Made by a program: the position numbers and the translations under genes
Part shown: piece after piece, positions 46,201-61,200 of the stretch
How positions within the stretch are numbered: position 1 is the first letter of the stretch
Layout: every line of letters starts with the position of its first letter
Assembly (NCBI GenBank): GCA_964019335.1
Contig: OZ025669.1
Coordinates: forward strand, 1 to 64,000
Length of the DNA: 64,000 nucleotides
Origin: Diplonema japonicum
Taxonomy: Eukaryota > Protista > Euglenozoa: Diplonemea
Direction: 5' to 3'
The notes under the pieces: model-generated
What the model saw: the letters and a program-made list of their open reading frames with translations, nothing else
Told to the model about the DNA's origin: nothing
The model's database searches: none

Positions 46201-49200
46201 CTAGTAGGTGTCATAGGTACCTTGAGGTTTCCCCTCAATGGTGCATCAAGCGGCCTAGGTGATTCCAATGGCTTGTTCAGAGTAAGCATCGGGATAGTAG
46301 GCATCATCATAGGCACCGCTCTAGCCTCCTGCCGTTCACTTTCCTTGTCCCTATCCTGCTCTGTCTCCTTCATGCTTTGTATCTGCTTTTTTAATTGTTC
46401 CAGTTCCGAGGCAGTTCGCTCCCCAACTTGATCTTTTACTATCTCAGGTAGGTCCTTTAGCAACCCCTCGAGCTTCTCCTGTTTAGCAAGTAATTGTTCC
46501 AAGAGGCTCCATGGAACAGGTTGCAGCGTACGATCAACAGGTGCAGGTGCAGGTGCAGGTGCAGGTGCAGATACTGGTGACGGTATTGCGGATTCAAGCG
46601 CGGGTGTAGGAGTAGGTATTGGTACAGGCTCAGTCGGCTCCAATGCGGGAGACACAGGGACGGTAACAAGCATAGGTGTACTTACTTCCTCGCCTGTGCT
46701 CATATCTTTAAGCTTTTGTAATTCTTCGAGTCGCTTGTTCTCAGCTTCCTCAAGCGATTGCCGCTCCTTCTCCAGCTCATAGTCCGGTGCACTTGTAGAT
46801 GTAGAAGTATTGTCTTCCGTAGTTTCTTTTCGCTCGTCTGCAACGGGTGACACAGAAGTGCTAATGTTAGGTGACTTGTCAGAAGCTGACTTTTCCAATA
46901 TTTGTCGCAGCCTATGTTGCTCGTTGATGATCTCCTGAAGAGCACCATAGAGCCTCCTTTCGTGTGACGGACTCACCATCTGCTCCTCTTGTTCCAAGCG
47001 TTGCAAATTCTCCCGCATTTCATTGGCAAGTACTTCTGCTTCAAGCATTGACCTATAGTCTTCCTCACAGCTTTTATCCATTGTGCTTAATGAAAATACA
47101 TCATGATCAACAACTACTGTCCCAGCCAAAACCCTCTCTCCGCGCGTGCTCTCCGTCATCTTTGCATTCCCCCCTCTTTCTTCCTTTTTGTGTTTTTCAA
47201 TTGGAGAAGGGGAATACAGATGAGCATTAACTACAGTGTTAGGAGCACTGTTATCATGTGTAAATGAATTTCGCTCGTTCGTTTCACTACCTTCAAAACA
47301 TTCATTTTCACAATAATGTTCCAAATACGTAAGGTTTTCCTTCTCCTCCAAAAGAGCCGTCGGAACAACTGGAACTGGAACTGGAACCGGGACCGGGGCT
47401 TCAGCCTGAGCCTCAGCTCGAGCTGCTGGAACCTGAACCGGAGCCGACTGAAGCTCTTCCTCCGTCGTCGCTCCCGCCTTCGCATCTACGCTCGGCTTTT
47501 CTTCCTCTGCCTCTGCCCCTGCCTCTGCCTGTGTTCGTGGAGACGATGAACGGGAAGGCGAAGATGACGATGACGGCGCGTGCGATGTGGGCTTCTGCTT
47601 CTCCGTCCCTGCCTCTTCTTTTCCTTTCGAAACAGCCGGAACCTCAGCCTCAGTCTCAGCCTCAACCTCGGTCTCAGCCTCAACCTCAACGTTCGCCACG
47701 CGTTCATCAACAGCAACAACACCGCTGCTGTCTCTTTCTCCGTCCTTTTGCACCGCTGTCTCCGCCTCCGCGGGCTGTCCCTCGACTGCCGGCGACGACA
47801 ACAACGGCGGTGGCGAAGACGGCTGTGTGCCACCCGCGACCTCTTCTTGCTCTTTTTCCTCGGGGGCAGCAGGAGCGGGGACAGCGGGAGCGGGTGAGGA
47901 GGTTGGCACCGAAACGGGCTTCCCTGCCTCAGCCTCATCAGGACCGGGTCCTCGTGCGGCATCGTCGCCACCAGCTGCCTCAGCCTGAGGGACAGCTGTC
48001 GGTGTGGCGGTGGGAACCGCAGCAGCGGCGGGAGTGGGTGATGTGGGCACAGCGGTCGTACCTGTTTATTTTTAATTATTTTGTTTGATTCCCCCTAAAA
48101 CACACCTGGCTCCAACTCGCGCTCCTCTGCAACCTTCATTTCTTCCTCCTGAAGCGGCGGCCTCGGTCCCTCCTCTTCGTCCTGCTTTTTCTTTTCTTCC
48201 TCCACCACCTGGTCCTTCTCCGGGGCTTCTTCTTCCTCAGGCTGGCTCGCGTGCTCCGATGGAACGCTGCCCTCAGCAGCACTATCTTCCGTGTCGTCAG
48301 AGCCCAGCTCCTCCAGCGCCTTTCGCTTCTCGTCGACCTCTGCACGCAGCGCCGCTTCCCAATCGGCAGGCCCGGCGGTTGCCTCCGCCTCCGCCTCCGC
48401 CTCCATCTCGGGAAGCTCCGAACTCATCCTCTGCAGCGTTCCCTTTTCTTGTTCCATCACTTCTCGGGCTGCCTTCAGGGATGTCACGTCCTGCACCAGG
48501 TCGGGGTTCTCGCCCGCCGACGTGGTATCGGTGCAGCGCGAGCGGCTCGTCGAGGGGGCTGGTCCGTCAGCCTCTGAGGCGGGGGCGAGGGCTGCAACCT
48601 GCTCGGAGAGCACCCGCAGCTGCTCTTCTGCCCTGTCTTGTTTCCAGTCCTTCAGCTCATCCACCCTGGCCCGCAGGGCGTCCAGCTCATCCTCGAGCTT
48701 CTGCCTCGCGAGGTCGTCCGACCCATCGTCCCTCCCAGCTTGCAAGGCCTCTGCTTCGTTGATCTTCGCAACAATGTCCTCCCTCAGCTTCTTCGCCCAT
48801 GCCGGCTCCGCGTCAGCGTCGCCACGTTCTGCCTCGTTGCGTGCGGGCCTGGATTCCTCTCCCTTCGAGGAGGACGAGGGGCGGACGCTGCTCTCTTCCT
48901 TCTCCTCCAAAAGAGCCGTCGGAACAACTGGAACTGGAACTGGAACCGGGACCGGGGCTTCAGCCTGAGCCTCAGCTCGAGCTGCTGGAACCTGAACCGG
49001 AGCCGACTGAAGCTCTTCCTCCGTCGTCGCTCCCGCCTTCGCATCTACGCTCGGCTTTTCTTCCTCTGCCTCTGCCCCTGCCTCTGCCTGTGTTCGTGGA
49101 GACGATGAACGGGAAGGCGAAGATGACGATGACGGCGCGTGCGATGTGGGCTTCTGCTTCTCCGTCCCTGCCTCTTCTTTTCCTTTCGAAACAGCCGGAA

Positions 49201-52200
49201 CCTCAGCCTCAGTCTCAGCCTCAACCTCGGTCTCAGCCTCAACCTCAACGTTCGCCACGCGTTCATCAACAGCAACAACACCGCTGCTGTCTCTTTCTCC
49301 GTCCTTTTGCACCGCTGTCTCCGCCTCCGCGGGCTGTCCCTCGACTGCCGGCGACGACAACAACGGCGGTGGCGAAGACGGCTGTGTGCCACCCGCGACC
49401 TCTTCTTGCTCTTTTTCCTCGGGGGCAGCAGGAGCGGGGACAGCGGGAGCGGGTGAGGAGGTTGGCACCGAAACGGGCTTCCCTGCCTCAGCCTCATCAG
49501 GACCGGGTCCTCGTGCGGCATCGTCGCCACCAGCTGCCTCAGCCTGAGGGACAGCTGTCGGTGTGGCGGTGGGAACCGCAGCAGCGGCGGGAGTGGGTGA
49601 TGTGGGCACAGCGGTCGTACCTGTTTATTTTTAATTATTTTGTTTGATTCCCCCTAAAACACACCTGGCTCCAACTCGCGCTCCTCTGCAACCTTCATTT
49701 CTTCCTCCTGAAGCGGCGGCCTCGGTCCCTCCTCTTCGTCCTGCTTTTTCTTTTCTTCCTCCACCACCTGGTCCTTCTCCGGGGCTTCTTCTTCCTCAGG
49801 CTGGCTCGCGTGCTCCGATGGAACGCTGCCCTCAGCAGCACTATCTTCCGTGTCGTCAGAGCCCAGCTCCTCCAGCGCCTTTCGCTTCTCGTCGACCTCT
49901 GCACGCAGCGCCGCTTCCCAATCGGCAGGCCCGGCGGTTGCCTCCGCCTCCGCCTCCGCCTCCATCTCGGGAAGCTCCGAACTCATCCTCTGCAGCGTTC
50001 CCTTTTCTTGTTCCATCACTTCTCGGGCTGCCTTCAGGGATGTCACGTCCTGCACCAGGTCGGGGTTCTCGCCCGCCGACGTGGTATCGGTGCAGCGCGA
50101 GCGGCTCGTCGAGGGGGCTGGTCCGTCAGCCTCTGAGGCGGGGGCGAGGGCTGCAACCTGCTCGGAGAGCACCCGCAGCTGCTCTTCTGCCCTGTCTTGT
50201 TTCCAGTCCTTCAGCTCATCCACCCTGGCCCGCAGGGCGTCCAGCTCATCCTCGAGCTTCTGCCTCGCGAGGTCGTCCGACCCATCGTCCCTCCCAGCTT
50301 GCAAGGCCTCTGCTTCGTTGATCTTCGCAACAATGTCCTCCCTCAGCTTCTTCGCCCATGCCGGCTCCGCGTCAGCGTCGCCACGTTCTGCCTCGTTGCG
50401 TGCGGGCCTGGATTCCTCTCCCTTCGAGGAGGACGAGGGGCGGACGCTGCTCTCTTCCTTCTCCTCCAAAAGAGCCGTCGGAACAACTGGAACTGGAACT
50501 GGAACCGGGACCGGGGCTTCAGCCTGAGCCTCAGCTCGAGCTGCTGGAACCTGAACCGGAGCCGACTGAAGCTCTTCCTCCGTCGTCGCTCCCGCCTTCG
50601 CATCTACGCTCGGCTTTTCTTCCTCTGCCTCTGCCCCTGCCTCTGCCTGTGTTCGTGGAGACGATGAACGGGAAGGCGAAGATGACGATGACGGCGCGTG
50701 CGATGTGGGCTTCTGCTTCTCCGTCCCTGCCTCTTCTTTTCCTTTCGAAACAGCCGGAACCTCAGCCTCAGTCTCAGCCTCAACCTCGGTCTCAGCCTCA
50801 ACCTCAACGTTCGCCACGCGTTCATCAACAGCAACAACACCGCTGCTGTCTCTTTCTCCGTCCTTTTGCACCGCTGTCTCCGCCTCCGCGGGCTGTCCCT
50901 CGACTGCCGGCGACGACAACAACGGCGGTGGCGAAGACGGCTGTGTGCCACCCGCGACCTCTTCTTGCTCTTTTTCCTCGGGGGCAGCAGGAGCGGGGAC
51001 AGCGGGAGCGGGTGAGGAGGTTGGCACCGAAACGGGCTTCCCTGCCTCAGCCTCATCAGGACCGGGTCCTCGTGCGGCATCGTCGCCACCAGCTGCCTCA
51101 GCCTGAGGGACAGCTGTCGGTGTGGCGGTGGGAACCGCAGCAGCGGCGGGAGTGGGTGATGTGGGCACAGCGGTCGTACCTGTTTATTTTTAATTATTTT
51201 GTTTGATTCCCCCTAAAACACACCTGGCTCCAACTCGCGCTCCTCTGCAACCTTCATTTCTTCCTCCTGAAGCGGCGGCCTCGGTCCCTCCTCTTCGTCC
51301 TGCTTTTTCTTTTCTTCCTCCACCACCTGGTCCTTCTCCGGGGCTTCTTCTTCCTCAGGCTGGCTCGCGTGCTCCGATGGAACGCTGCCCTCAGCAGCAC
51401 TATCTTCCGTGTCGTCAGAGCCCAGCTCCTCCAGCGCCTTTCGCTTCTCGTCGACCTCTGCACGCAGCGCCGCTTCCCAATCGGCAGGCCCGGCGGTTGC
51501 CTCCGCCTCCGCCTCCGCCTCCATCTCGGGAAGCTCCGAACTCATCCTCTGCAGCGTTCCCTTTTCTTGTTCCATCACTTCTCGGGCTGCCTTCAGGGAT
51601 GTCACGTCCTGCACCAGGTCGGGGTTCTCGCCCGCCGACGTGGTATCGGTGCAGCGCGAGCGGCTCGTCGAGGGGGCTGGTCCGTCAGCCTCTGAGGCGG
51701 GGGCGAGGGCTGCAACCTGCTCGGAGAGCACCCGCAGCTGCTCTTCTGCCCTGTCTTGTTTCCAGTCCTTCAGCTCATCCACCCTGGCCCGCAGGGCGTC
51801 CAGCTCATCCTCGAGCTTCTGCCTCGCGAGGTCGTCCGACCCATCGTCCCTCCCAGCTTGCAAGGCCTCTGCTTCGTTGATCTTCGCAACAATGTCCTCC
51901 CTCAGCTTCTTCGCCCATGCCGGCTCCGCGTCAGCGTCGCCACGTTCTGCCTCGTTGCGTGCGGGCCTGGATTCCTCTCCCTTCGAGGAGGACGAGGGGC
52001 GGACGCTGCTCTCTTCCTTCTCCTCCAAAAGAGCCGTCGGAACAACTGGAACTGGAACTGGAACCGGGACCGGGGCTTCAGCCTGAGCCTCAGCTCGAGC
52101 TGCTGGAACCTGAACCGGAGCCGACTGAAGCTCTTCCTCCGTCGTCGCTCCCGCCTTCGCATCTACGCTCGGCTTTTCTTCCTCTGCCTCTGCCCCTGCC

Positions 52201-55200
52201 TCTGCCTGTGTTCGTGGAGACGATGAACGGGAAGGCGAAGATGACGATGACGGCGCGTGCGATGTGGGCTTCTGCTTCTCCGTCCCTGCCTCTTCTTTTC
52301 CTTTCGAAACAGCCGGAACCTCAGCCTCAGTCTCAGCCTCAACCTCGGTCTCAGCCTCAACCTCAACGTTCGCCACGCGTTCATCAACAGCAACAACACC
52401 GCTGCTGTCTCTTTCTCCGTCCTTTTGCACCGCTGTCTCCGCCTCCGCGGGCTGTCCCTCGACTGCCGGCGACGACAACAACGGCGGTGGCGAAGACGGC
52501 TGTGTGCCACCCGCGACCTCTTCTTGCTCTTTTTCCTCGGGGGCAGCAGGAGCGGGGACAGCGGGAGCGGGTGAGGAGGTTGGCACCGAAACGGGCTTCC
52601 CTGCCTCAGCCTCATCAGGACCGGGTCCTCGTGCGGCATCGTCGCCACCAGCTGCCTCAGCCTGAGGGACAGCTGTCGGTGTGGCGGTGGGAACCGCAGC
52701 AGCGGCGGGAGTGGGTGATGTGGGCACAGCGGTCGTACCTGTTTATTTTTAATTATTTTGTTTGATTCCCCCTAAAACACACCTGGCTCCAACTCGCGCT
52801 CCTCTGCAACCTTCATTTCTTCCTCCTGAAGCGGCGGCCTCGGTCCCTCCTCTTCGTCCTGCTTTTTCTTTTCTTCCTCCACCACCTGGTCCTTCTCCGG
52901 GGCTTCTTCTTCCTCAGGCTGGCTCGCGTGCTCCGATGGAACGCTGCCCTCAGCAGCACTATCTTCCGTGTCGTCAGAGCCCAGCTCCTCCAGCGCCTTT
53001 CGCTTCTCGTCGACCTCTGCACGCAGCGCCGCTTCCCAATCGGCAGGCCCGGCGGTTGCCTCCGCCTCCGCCTCCGCCTCCATCTCGGGAAGCTCCGAAC
53101 TCATCCTCTGCAGCGTTCCCTTTTCTTGTTCCATCACTTCTCGGGCTGCCTTCAGGGATGTCACGTCCTGCACCAGGTCGGGGTTCTCGCCCGCCGACGT
53201 GGTATCGGTGCAGCGCGAGCGGCTCGTCGAGGGGGCTGGTCCGTCAGCCTCTGAGGCGGGGGCGAGGGCTGCAACCTGCTCGGAGAGCACCCGCAGCTGC
53301 TCTTCTGCCCTGTCTTGTTTCCAGTCCTTCAGCTCATCCACCCTGGCCCGCAGGGCGTCCAGCTCATCCTCGAGCTTCTGCCTCGCGAGGTCGTCCGACC
53401 CATCGTCCCTCCCAGCTTGCAAGGCCTCTGCTTCGTTGATCTTCGCAACAATGTCCTCCCTCAGCTTCTTCGCCCATGCCGGCTCCGCGTCAGCGTCGCC
53501 ACGTTCTGCCTCGTTGCGTGCGGGCCTGGATTCCTCTCCCTTCGAGGAGGACGAGGGGCGGACGCTGCTCTCTTCCTTCTCCTCCAAAAGAGCCGTCGGA
53601 ACAACTGGAACTGGAACTGGAACCGGGACCGGGGCTTCAGCCTGAGCCTCAGCTCGAGCTGCTGGAACCTGAACCGGAGCCGACTGAAGCTCTTCCTCCG
53701 TCGTCGCTCCCGCCTTCGCATCTACGCTCGGCTTTTCTTCCTCTGCCTCTGCCCCTGCCTCTGCCTGTGTTCGTGGAGACGATGAACGGGAAGGCGAAGA
53801 TGACGATGACGGCGCGTGCGATGTGGGCTTCTGCTTCTCCGTCCCTGCCTCTTCTTTTCCTTTCGAAACAGCCGGAACCTCAGCCTCAGTCTCAGCCTCA
53901 ACCTCGGTCTCAGCCTCAACCTCAACGTTCGCCACGCGTTCATCAACAGCAACAACACCGCTGCTGTCTCTTTCTCCGTCCTTTTGCACCGCTGTCTCCG
54001 CCTCCGCGGGCTGTCCCTCGACTGCCGGCGACGACAACAACGGCGGTGGCGAAGACGGCTGTGTGCCACCCGCGACCTCTTCTTGCTCTTTTTCCTCGGG
54101 GGCAGCAGGAGCGGGGACAGCGGGAGCGGGTGAGGAGGTTGGCACCGAAACGGGCTTCCCTGCCTCAGCCTCATCAGGACCGGGTCCTCGTGCGGCATCG
54201 TCGCCACCAGCTGCCTCAGCCTGAGGGACAGCTGTCGGTGTGGCGGTGGGAACCGCAGCAGCGGCGGGAGTGGGTGATGTGGGCACAGCGGTCGTACCTG
54301 TTTATTTTTAATTATTTTGTTTGATTCCCCCTAAAACACACCTGGCTCCAACTCGCGCTCCTCTGCAACCTTCATTTCTTCCTCCTGAAGCGGCGGCCTC
54401 GGTCCCTCCTCTTCGTCCTGCTTTTTCTTTTCTTCCTCCACCACCTGGTCCTTCTCCGGGGCTTCTTCTTCCTCAGGCTGGCTCGCGTGCTCCGATGGAA
54501 CGCTGCCCTCAGCAGCACTATCTTCCGTGTCGTCAGAGCCCAGCTCCTCCAGCGCCTTTCGCTTCTCGTCGACCTCTGCACGCAGCGCCGCTTCCCAATC
54601 GGCAGGCCCGGCGGTTGCCTCCGCCTCCGCCTCCGCCTCCATCTCGGGAAGCTCCGAACTCATCCTCTGCAGCGTTCCCTTTTCTTGTTCCATCACTTCT
54701 CGGGCTGCCTTCAGGGATGTCACGTCCTGCACCAGGTCGGGGTTCTCGCCCGCCGACGTGGTATCGGTGCAGCGCGAGCGGCTCGTCGAGGGGGCTGGTC
54801 CGTCAGCCTCTGAGGCGGGGGCGAGGGCTGCAACCTGCTCGGAGAGCACCCGCAGCTGCTCTTCTGCCCTGTCTTGTTTCCAGTCCTTCAGCTCATCCAC
54901 CCTGGCCCGCAGGGCGTCCAGCTCATCCTCGAGCTTCTGCCTCGCGAGGTCGTCCGACCCATCGTCCCTCCCAGCTTGCAAGGCCTCTGCTTCGTTGATC
55001 TTCGCAACAATGTCCTCCCTCAGCTTCTTCGCCCATGCCGGCTCCGCGTCAGCGTCGCCACGTTCTGCCTCGTTGCGTGCGGGCCTGGATTCCTCTCCCT
55101 TCGAGGAGGACGAGGGGCGGACGCTGCTCTCTTCCTTCTCCTCCAAAAGAGCCGTCGGAACAACTGGAACTGGAACTGGAACCGGGACCGGGGCTTCAGC

Positions 55201-58200
55201 CTGAGCCTCAGCTCGAGCTGCTGGAACCTGAACCGGAGCCGACTGAAGCTCTTCCTCCGTCGTCGCTCCCGCCTTCGCATCTACGCTCGGCTTTTCTTCC
55301 TCTGCCTCTGCCCCTGCCTCTGCCTGTGTTCGTGGAGACGATGAACGGGAAGGCGAAGATGACGATGACGGCGCGTGCGATGTGGGCTTCTGCTTCTCCG
55401 TCCCTGCCTCTTCTTTTCCTTTCGAAACAGCCGGAACCTCAGCCTCAGTCTCAGCCTCAACCTCGGTCTCAGCCTCAACCTCAACGTTCGCCACGCGTTC
55501 ATCAACAGCAACAACACCGCTGCTGTCTCTTTCTCCGTCCTTTTGCACCGCTGTCTCCGCCTCCGCGGGCTGTCCCTCGACTGCCGGCGACGACAACAAC
55601 GGCGGTGGCGAAGACGGCTGTGTGCCACCCGCGACCTCTTCTTGCTCTTTTTCCTCGGGGGCAGCAGGAGCGGGGACAGCGGGAGCGGGTGAGGAGGTTG
55701 GCACCGAAACGGGCTTCCCTGCCTCAGCCTCATCAGGACCGGGTCCTCGTGCGGCATCGTCGCCACCAGCTGCCTCAGCCTGAGGGACAGCTGTCGGTGT
55801 GGCGGTGGGAACCGCAGCAGCGGCGGGAGTGGGTGATGTGGGCACAGCGGTCGTACCTGTTTATTTTTAATTATTTTGTTTGATTCCCCCTAAAACACAC
55901 CTGGCTCCAACTCGCGCTCCTCTGCAACCTTCATTTCTTCCTCCTGAAGCGGCGGCCTCGGTCCCTCCTCTTCGTCCTGCTTTTTCTTTTCTTCCTCCAC
56001 CACCTGGTCCTTCTCCGGGGCTTCTTCTTCCTCAGGCTGGCTCGCGTGCTCCGATGGAACGCTGCCCTCAGCAGCACTATCTTCCGTGTCGTCAGAGCCC
56101 AGCTCCTCCAGCGCCTTTCGCTTCTCGTCGACCTCTGCACGCAGCGCCGCTTCCCAATCGGCAGGCCCGGCGGTTGCCTCCGCCTCCGCCTCCGCCTCCA
56201 TCTCGGGAAGCTCCGAACTCATCCTCTGCAGCGTTCCCTTTTCTTGTTCCATCACTTCTCGGGCTGCCTTCAGGGATGTCACGTCCTGCACCAGGTCGGG
56301 GTTCTCGCCCGCCGACGTGGTATCGGTGCAGCGCGAGCGGCTCGTCGAGGGGGCTGGTCCGTCAGCCTCTGAGGCGGGGGCGAGGGCTGCAACCTGCTCG
56401 GAGAGCACCCGCAGCTGCTCTTCTGCCCTGTCTTGTTTCCAGTCCTTCAGCTCATCCACCCTGGCCCGCAGGGCGTCCAGCTCATCCTCGAGCTTCTGCC
56501 TCGCGAGGTCGTCCGACCCATCGTCCCTCCCAGCTTGCAAGGCCTCTGCTTCGTTGATCTTCGCAACAATGTCCTCCCTCAGCTTCTTCGCCCATGCCGG
56601 CTCCGCGTCAGCGTCGCCACGTTCTGCCTCGTTGCGTGCGGGCCTGGATTCCTCTCCCTTCGAGGAGGACGAGGGGCGGACGCTGCTCTCTTCCTTCTCC
56701 TCCAAAAGAGCCGTCGGAACAACTGGAACTGGAACTGGAACCGGGACCGGGGCTTCAGCCTGAGCCTCAGCTCGAGCTGCTGGAACCTGAACCGGAGCCG
56801 ACTGAAGCTCTTCCTCCGTCGTCGCTCCCGCCTTCGCATCTACGCTCGGCTTTTCTTCCTCTGCCTCTGCCCCTGCCTCTGCCTGTGTTCGTGGAGACGA
56901 TGAACGGGAAGGCGAAGATGACGATGACGGCGCGTGCGATGTGGGCTTCTGCTTCTCCGTCCCTGCCTCTTCTTTTCCTTTCGAAACAGCCGGAACCTCA
57001 GCCTCAGTCTCAGCCTCAACCTCGGTCTCAGCCTCAACCTCAACGTTCGCCACGCGTTCATCAACAGCAACAACACCGCTGCTGTCTCTTTCTCCGTCCT
57101 TTTGCACCGCTGTCTCCGCCTCCGCGGGCTGTCCCTCGACTGCCGGCGACGACAACAACGGCGGTGGCGAAGACGGCTGTGTGCCACCCGCGACCTCTTC
57201 TTGCTCTTTTTCCTCGGGGGCAGCAGGAGCGGGGACAGCGGGAGCGGGTGAGGAGGTTGGCACCGAAACGGGCTTCCCTGCCTCAGCCTCATCAGGACCG
57301 GGTCCTCGTGCGGCATCGTCGCCACCAGCTGCCTCAGCCTGAGGGACAGCTGTCGGTGTGGCGGTGGGAACCGCAGCAGCGGCGGGAGTGGGTGATGTGG
57401 GCACAGCGGTCGTACCTGTTTATTTTTAATTATTTTGTTTGATTCCCCCTAAAACACACCTGGCTCCAACTCGCGCTCCTCTGCAACCTTCATTTCTTCC
57501 TCCTGAAGCGGCGGCCTCGGTCCCTCCTCTTCGTCCTGCTTTTTCTTTTCTTCCTCCACCACCTGGTCCTTCTCCGGGGCTTCTTCTTCCTCAGGCTGGC
57601 TCGCGTGCTCCGATGGAACGCTGCCCTCAGCAGCACTATCTTCCGTGTCGTCAGAGCCCAGCTCCTCCAGCGCCTTTCGCTTCTCGTCGACCTCTGCACG
57701 CAGCGCCGCTTCCCAATCGGCAGGCCCGGCGGTTGCCTCCGCCTCCGCCTCCGCCTCCATCTCGGGAAGCTCCGAACTCATCCTCTGCAGCGTTCCCTTT
57801 TCTTGTTCCATCACTTCTCGGGCTGCCTTCAGGGATGTCACGTCCTGCACCAGGTCGGGGTTCTCGCCCGCCGACGTGGTATCGGTGCAGCGCGAGCGGC
57901 TCGTCGAGGGGGCTGGTCCGTCAGCCTCTGAGGCGGGGGCGAGGGCTGCAACCTGCTCGGAGAGCACCCGCAGCTGCTCTTCTGCCCTGTCTTGTTTCCA
58001 GTCCTTCAGCTCATCCACCCTGGCCCGCAGGGCGTCCAGCTCATCCTCGAGCTTCTGCCTCGCGAGGTCGTCCGACCCATCGTCCCTCCCAGCTTGCAAG
58101 GCCTCTGCTTCGTTGATCTTCGCAACAATGTCCTCCCTCAGCTTCTTCGCCCATGCCGGCTCCGCGTCAGCGTCGCCACGTTCTGCCTCGTTGCGTGCGG

Positions 58201-61200
58201 GCCTGGATTCCTCTCCCTTCGAGGAGGACGAGGGGCGGACGCTGCTCTCTTCCTTCTCCTCCAAAAGAGCCGTCGGAACAACTGGAACTGGAACTGGAAC
58301 CGGGACCGGGGCTTCAGCCTGAGCCTCAGCTCGAGCTGCTGGAACCTGAACCGGAGCCGACTGAAGCTCTTCCTCCGTCGTCGCTCCCGCCTTCGCATCT
58401 ACGCTCGGCTTTTCTTCCTCTGCCTCTGCCCCTGCCTCTGCCTGTGTTCGTGGAGACGATGAACGGGAAGGCGAAGATGACGATGACGGCGCGTGCGATG
58501 TGGGCTTCTGCTTCTCCGTCCCTGCCTCTTCTTTTCCTTTCGAAACAGCCGGAACCTCAGCCTCAGTCTCAGCCTCAACCTCGGTCTCAGCCTCAACCTC
58601 AACGTTCGCCACGCGTTCATCAACAGCAACAACACCGCTGCTGTCTCTTTCTCCGTCCTTTTGCACCGCTGTCTCCGCCTCCGCGGGCTGTCCCTCGACT
58701 GCCGGCGACGACAACAACGGCGGTGGCGAAGACGGCTGTGTGCCACCCGCGACCTCTTCTTGCTCTTTTTCCTCGGGGGCAGCAGGAGCGGGGACAGCGG
58801 GAGCGGGTGAGGAGGTTGGCACCGAAACGGGCTTCCCTGCCTCAGCCTCATCAGGACCGGGTCCTCGTGCGGCATCGTCGCCACCAGCTGCCTCAGCCTG
58901 AGGGACAGCTGTCGGTGTGGCGGTGGGAACCGCAGCAGCGGCGGGAGTGGGTGATGTGGGCACAGCGGTCGTACCTGTTTATTTTTAATTATTTTGTTTG
59001 ATTCCCCCTAAAACACACCTGGCTCCAACTCGCGCTCCTCTGCAACCTTCATTTCTTCCTCCTGAAGCGGCGGCCTCGGTCCCTCCTCTTCGTCCTGCTT
59101 TTTCTTTTCTTCCTCCACCACCTGGTCCTTCTCCGGGGCTTCTTCTTCCTCAGGCTGGCTCGCGTGCTCCGATGGAACGCTGCCCTCAGCAGCACTATCT
59201 TCCGTGTCGTCAGAGCCCAGCTCCTCCAGCGCCTTTCGCTTCTCGTCGACCTCTGCACGCAGCGCCGCTTCCCAATCGGCAGGCCCGGCGGTTGCCTCCG
59301 CCTCCGCCTCCGCCTCCATCTCGGGAAGCTCCGAACTCATCCTCTGCAGCGTTCCCTTTTCTTGTTCCATCACTTCTCGGGCTGCCTTCAGGGATGTCAC
59401 GTCCTGCACCAGGTCGGGGTTCTCGCCCGCCGACGTGGTATCGGTGCAGCGCGAGCGGCTCGTCGAGGGGGCTGGTCCGTCAGCCTCTGAGGCGGGGGCG
59501 AGGGCTGCAACCTGCTCGGAGAGCACCCGCAGCTGCTCTTCTGCCCTGTCTTGTTTCCAGTCCTTCAGCTCATCCACCCTGGCCCGCAGGGCGTCCAGCT
59601 CATCCTCGAGCTTCTGCCTCGCGAGGTCGTCCGACCCATCGTCCCTCCCAGCTTGCAAGGCCTCTGCTTCGTTGATCTTCGCAACAATGTCCTCCCTCAG
59701 CTTCTTCGCCCATGCCGGCTCCGCGTCAGCGTCGCCACGTTCTGCCTCGTTGCGTGCGGGCCTGGATTCCTCTCCCTTCGAGGAGGACGAGGGGCGGACG
59801 CTGCTCTCTTCCTTCTCCTCCAAAAGAGCCGTCGGAACAACTGGAACTGGAACTGGAACCGGGACCGGGGCTTCAGCCTGAGCCTCAGCTCGAGCTGCTG
59901 GAACCTGAACCGGAGCCGACTGAAGCTCTTCCTCCGTCGTCGCTCCCGCCTTCGCATCTACGCTCGGCTTTTCTTCCTCTGCCTCTGCCCCTGCCTCTGC
60001 CTGTGTTCGTGGAGACGATGAACGGGAAGGCGAAGATGACGATGACGGCGCGTGCGATGTGGGCTTCTGCTTCTCCGTCCCTGCCTCTTCTTTTCCTTTC
60101 GAAACAGCCGGAACCTCAGCCTCAGTCTCAGCCTCAACCTCGGTCTCAGCCTCAACCTCAACGTTCGCCACGCGTTCATCAACAGCAACAACACCGCTGC
60201 TGTCTCTTTCTCCGTCCTTTTGCACCGCTGTCTCCGCCTCCGCGGGCTGTCCCTCGACTGCCGGCGACGACAACAACGGCGGTGGCGAAGACGGCTGTGT
60301 GCCACCCGCGACCTCTTCTTGCTCTTTTTCCTCGGGGGCAGCAGGAGCGGGGACAGCGGGAGCGGGTGAGGAGGTTGGCACCGAAACGGGCTTCCCTGCC
60401 TCAGCCTCATCAGGACCGGGTCCTCGTGCGGCATCGTCGCCACCAGCTGCCTCAGCCTGAGGGACAGCTGTCGGTGTGGCGGTGGGAACCGCAGCAGCGG
60501 CGGGAGTGGGTGATGTGGGCACAGCGGTCGTACCTGTTTATTTTTAATTATTTTGTTTGATTCCCCCTAAAACACACCTGGCTCCAACTCGCGCTCCTCT
60601 GCAACCTTCATTTCTTCCTCCTGAAGCGGCGGCCTCGGTCCCTCCTCTTCGTCCTGCTTTTTCTTTTCTTCCTCCACCACCTGGTCCTTCTCCGGGGCTT
60701 CTTCTTCCTCAGGCTGGCTCGCGTGCTCCGATGGAACGCTGCCCTCAGCAGCACTATCTTCCGTGTCGTCAGAGCCCAGCTCCTCCAGCGCCTTTCGCTT
60801 CTCGTCGACCTCTGCACGCAGCGCCGCTTCCCAATCGGCAGGCCCGGCGGTTGCCTCCGCCTCCGCCTCCGCCTCCATCTCGGGAAGCTCCGAACTCATC
60901 CTCTGCAGCGTTCCCTTTTCTTGTTCCATCACTTCTCGGGCTGCCTTCAGGGATGTCACGTCCTGCACCAGGTCGGGGTTCTCGCCCGCCGACGTGGTAT
61001 CGGTGCAGCGCGAGCGGCTCGTCGAGGGGGCTGGTCCGTCAGCCTCTGAGGCGGGGGCGAGGGCTGCAACCTGCTCGGAGAGCACCCGCAGCTGCTCTTC
61101 TGCCCTGTCTTGTTTCCAGTCCTTCAGCTCATCCACCCTGGCCCGCAGGGCGTCCAGCTCATCCTCGAGCTTCTGCCTCGCGAGGTCGTCCGACCCATCG

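Noticed and set aside
48091-48100. CCCCCTAAAA (TTTTAGGG-like telomeric motif) in each 1559-bp unit
   Set aside because: A single copy inside the intron, multiplied only by the array; no evidence of telomeric function.
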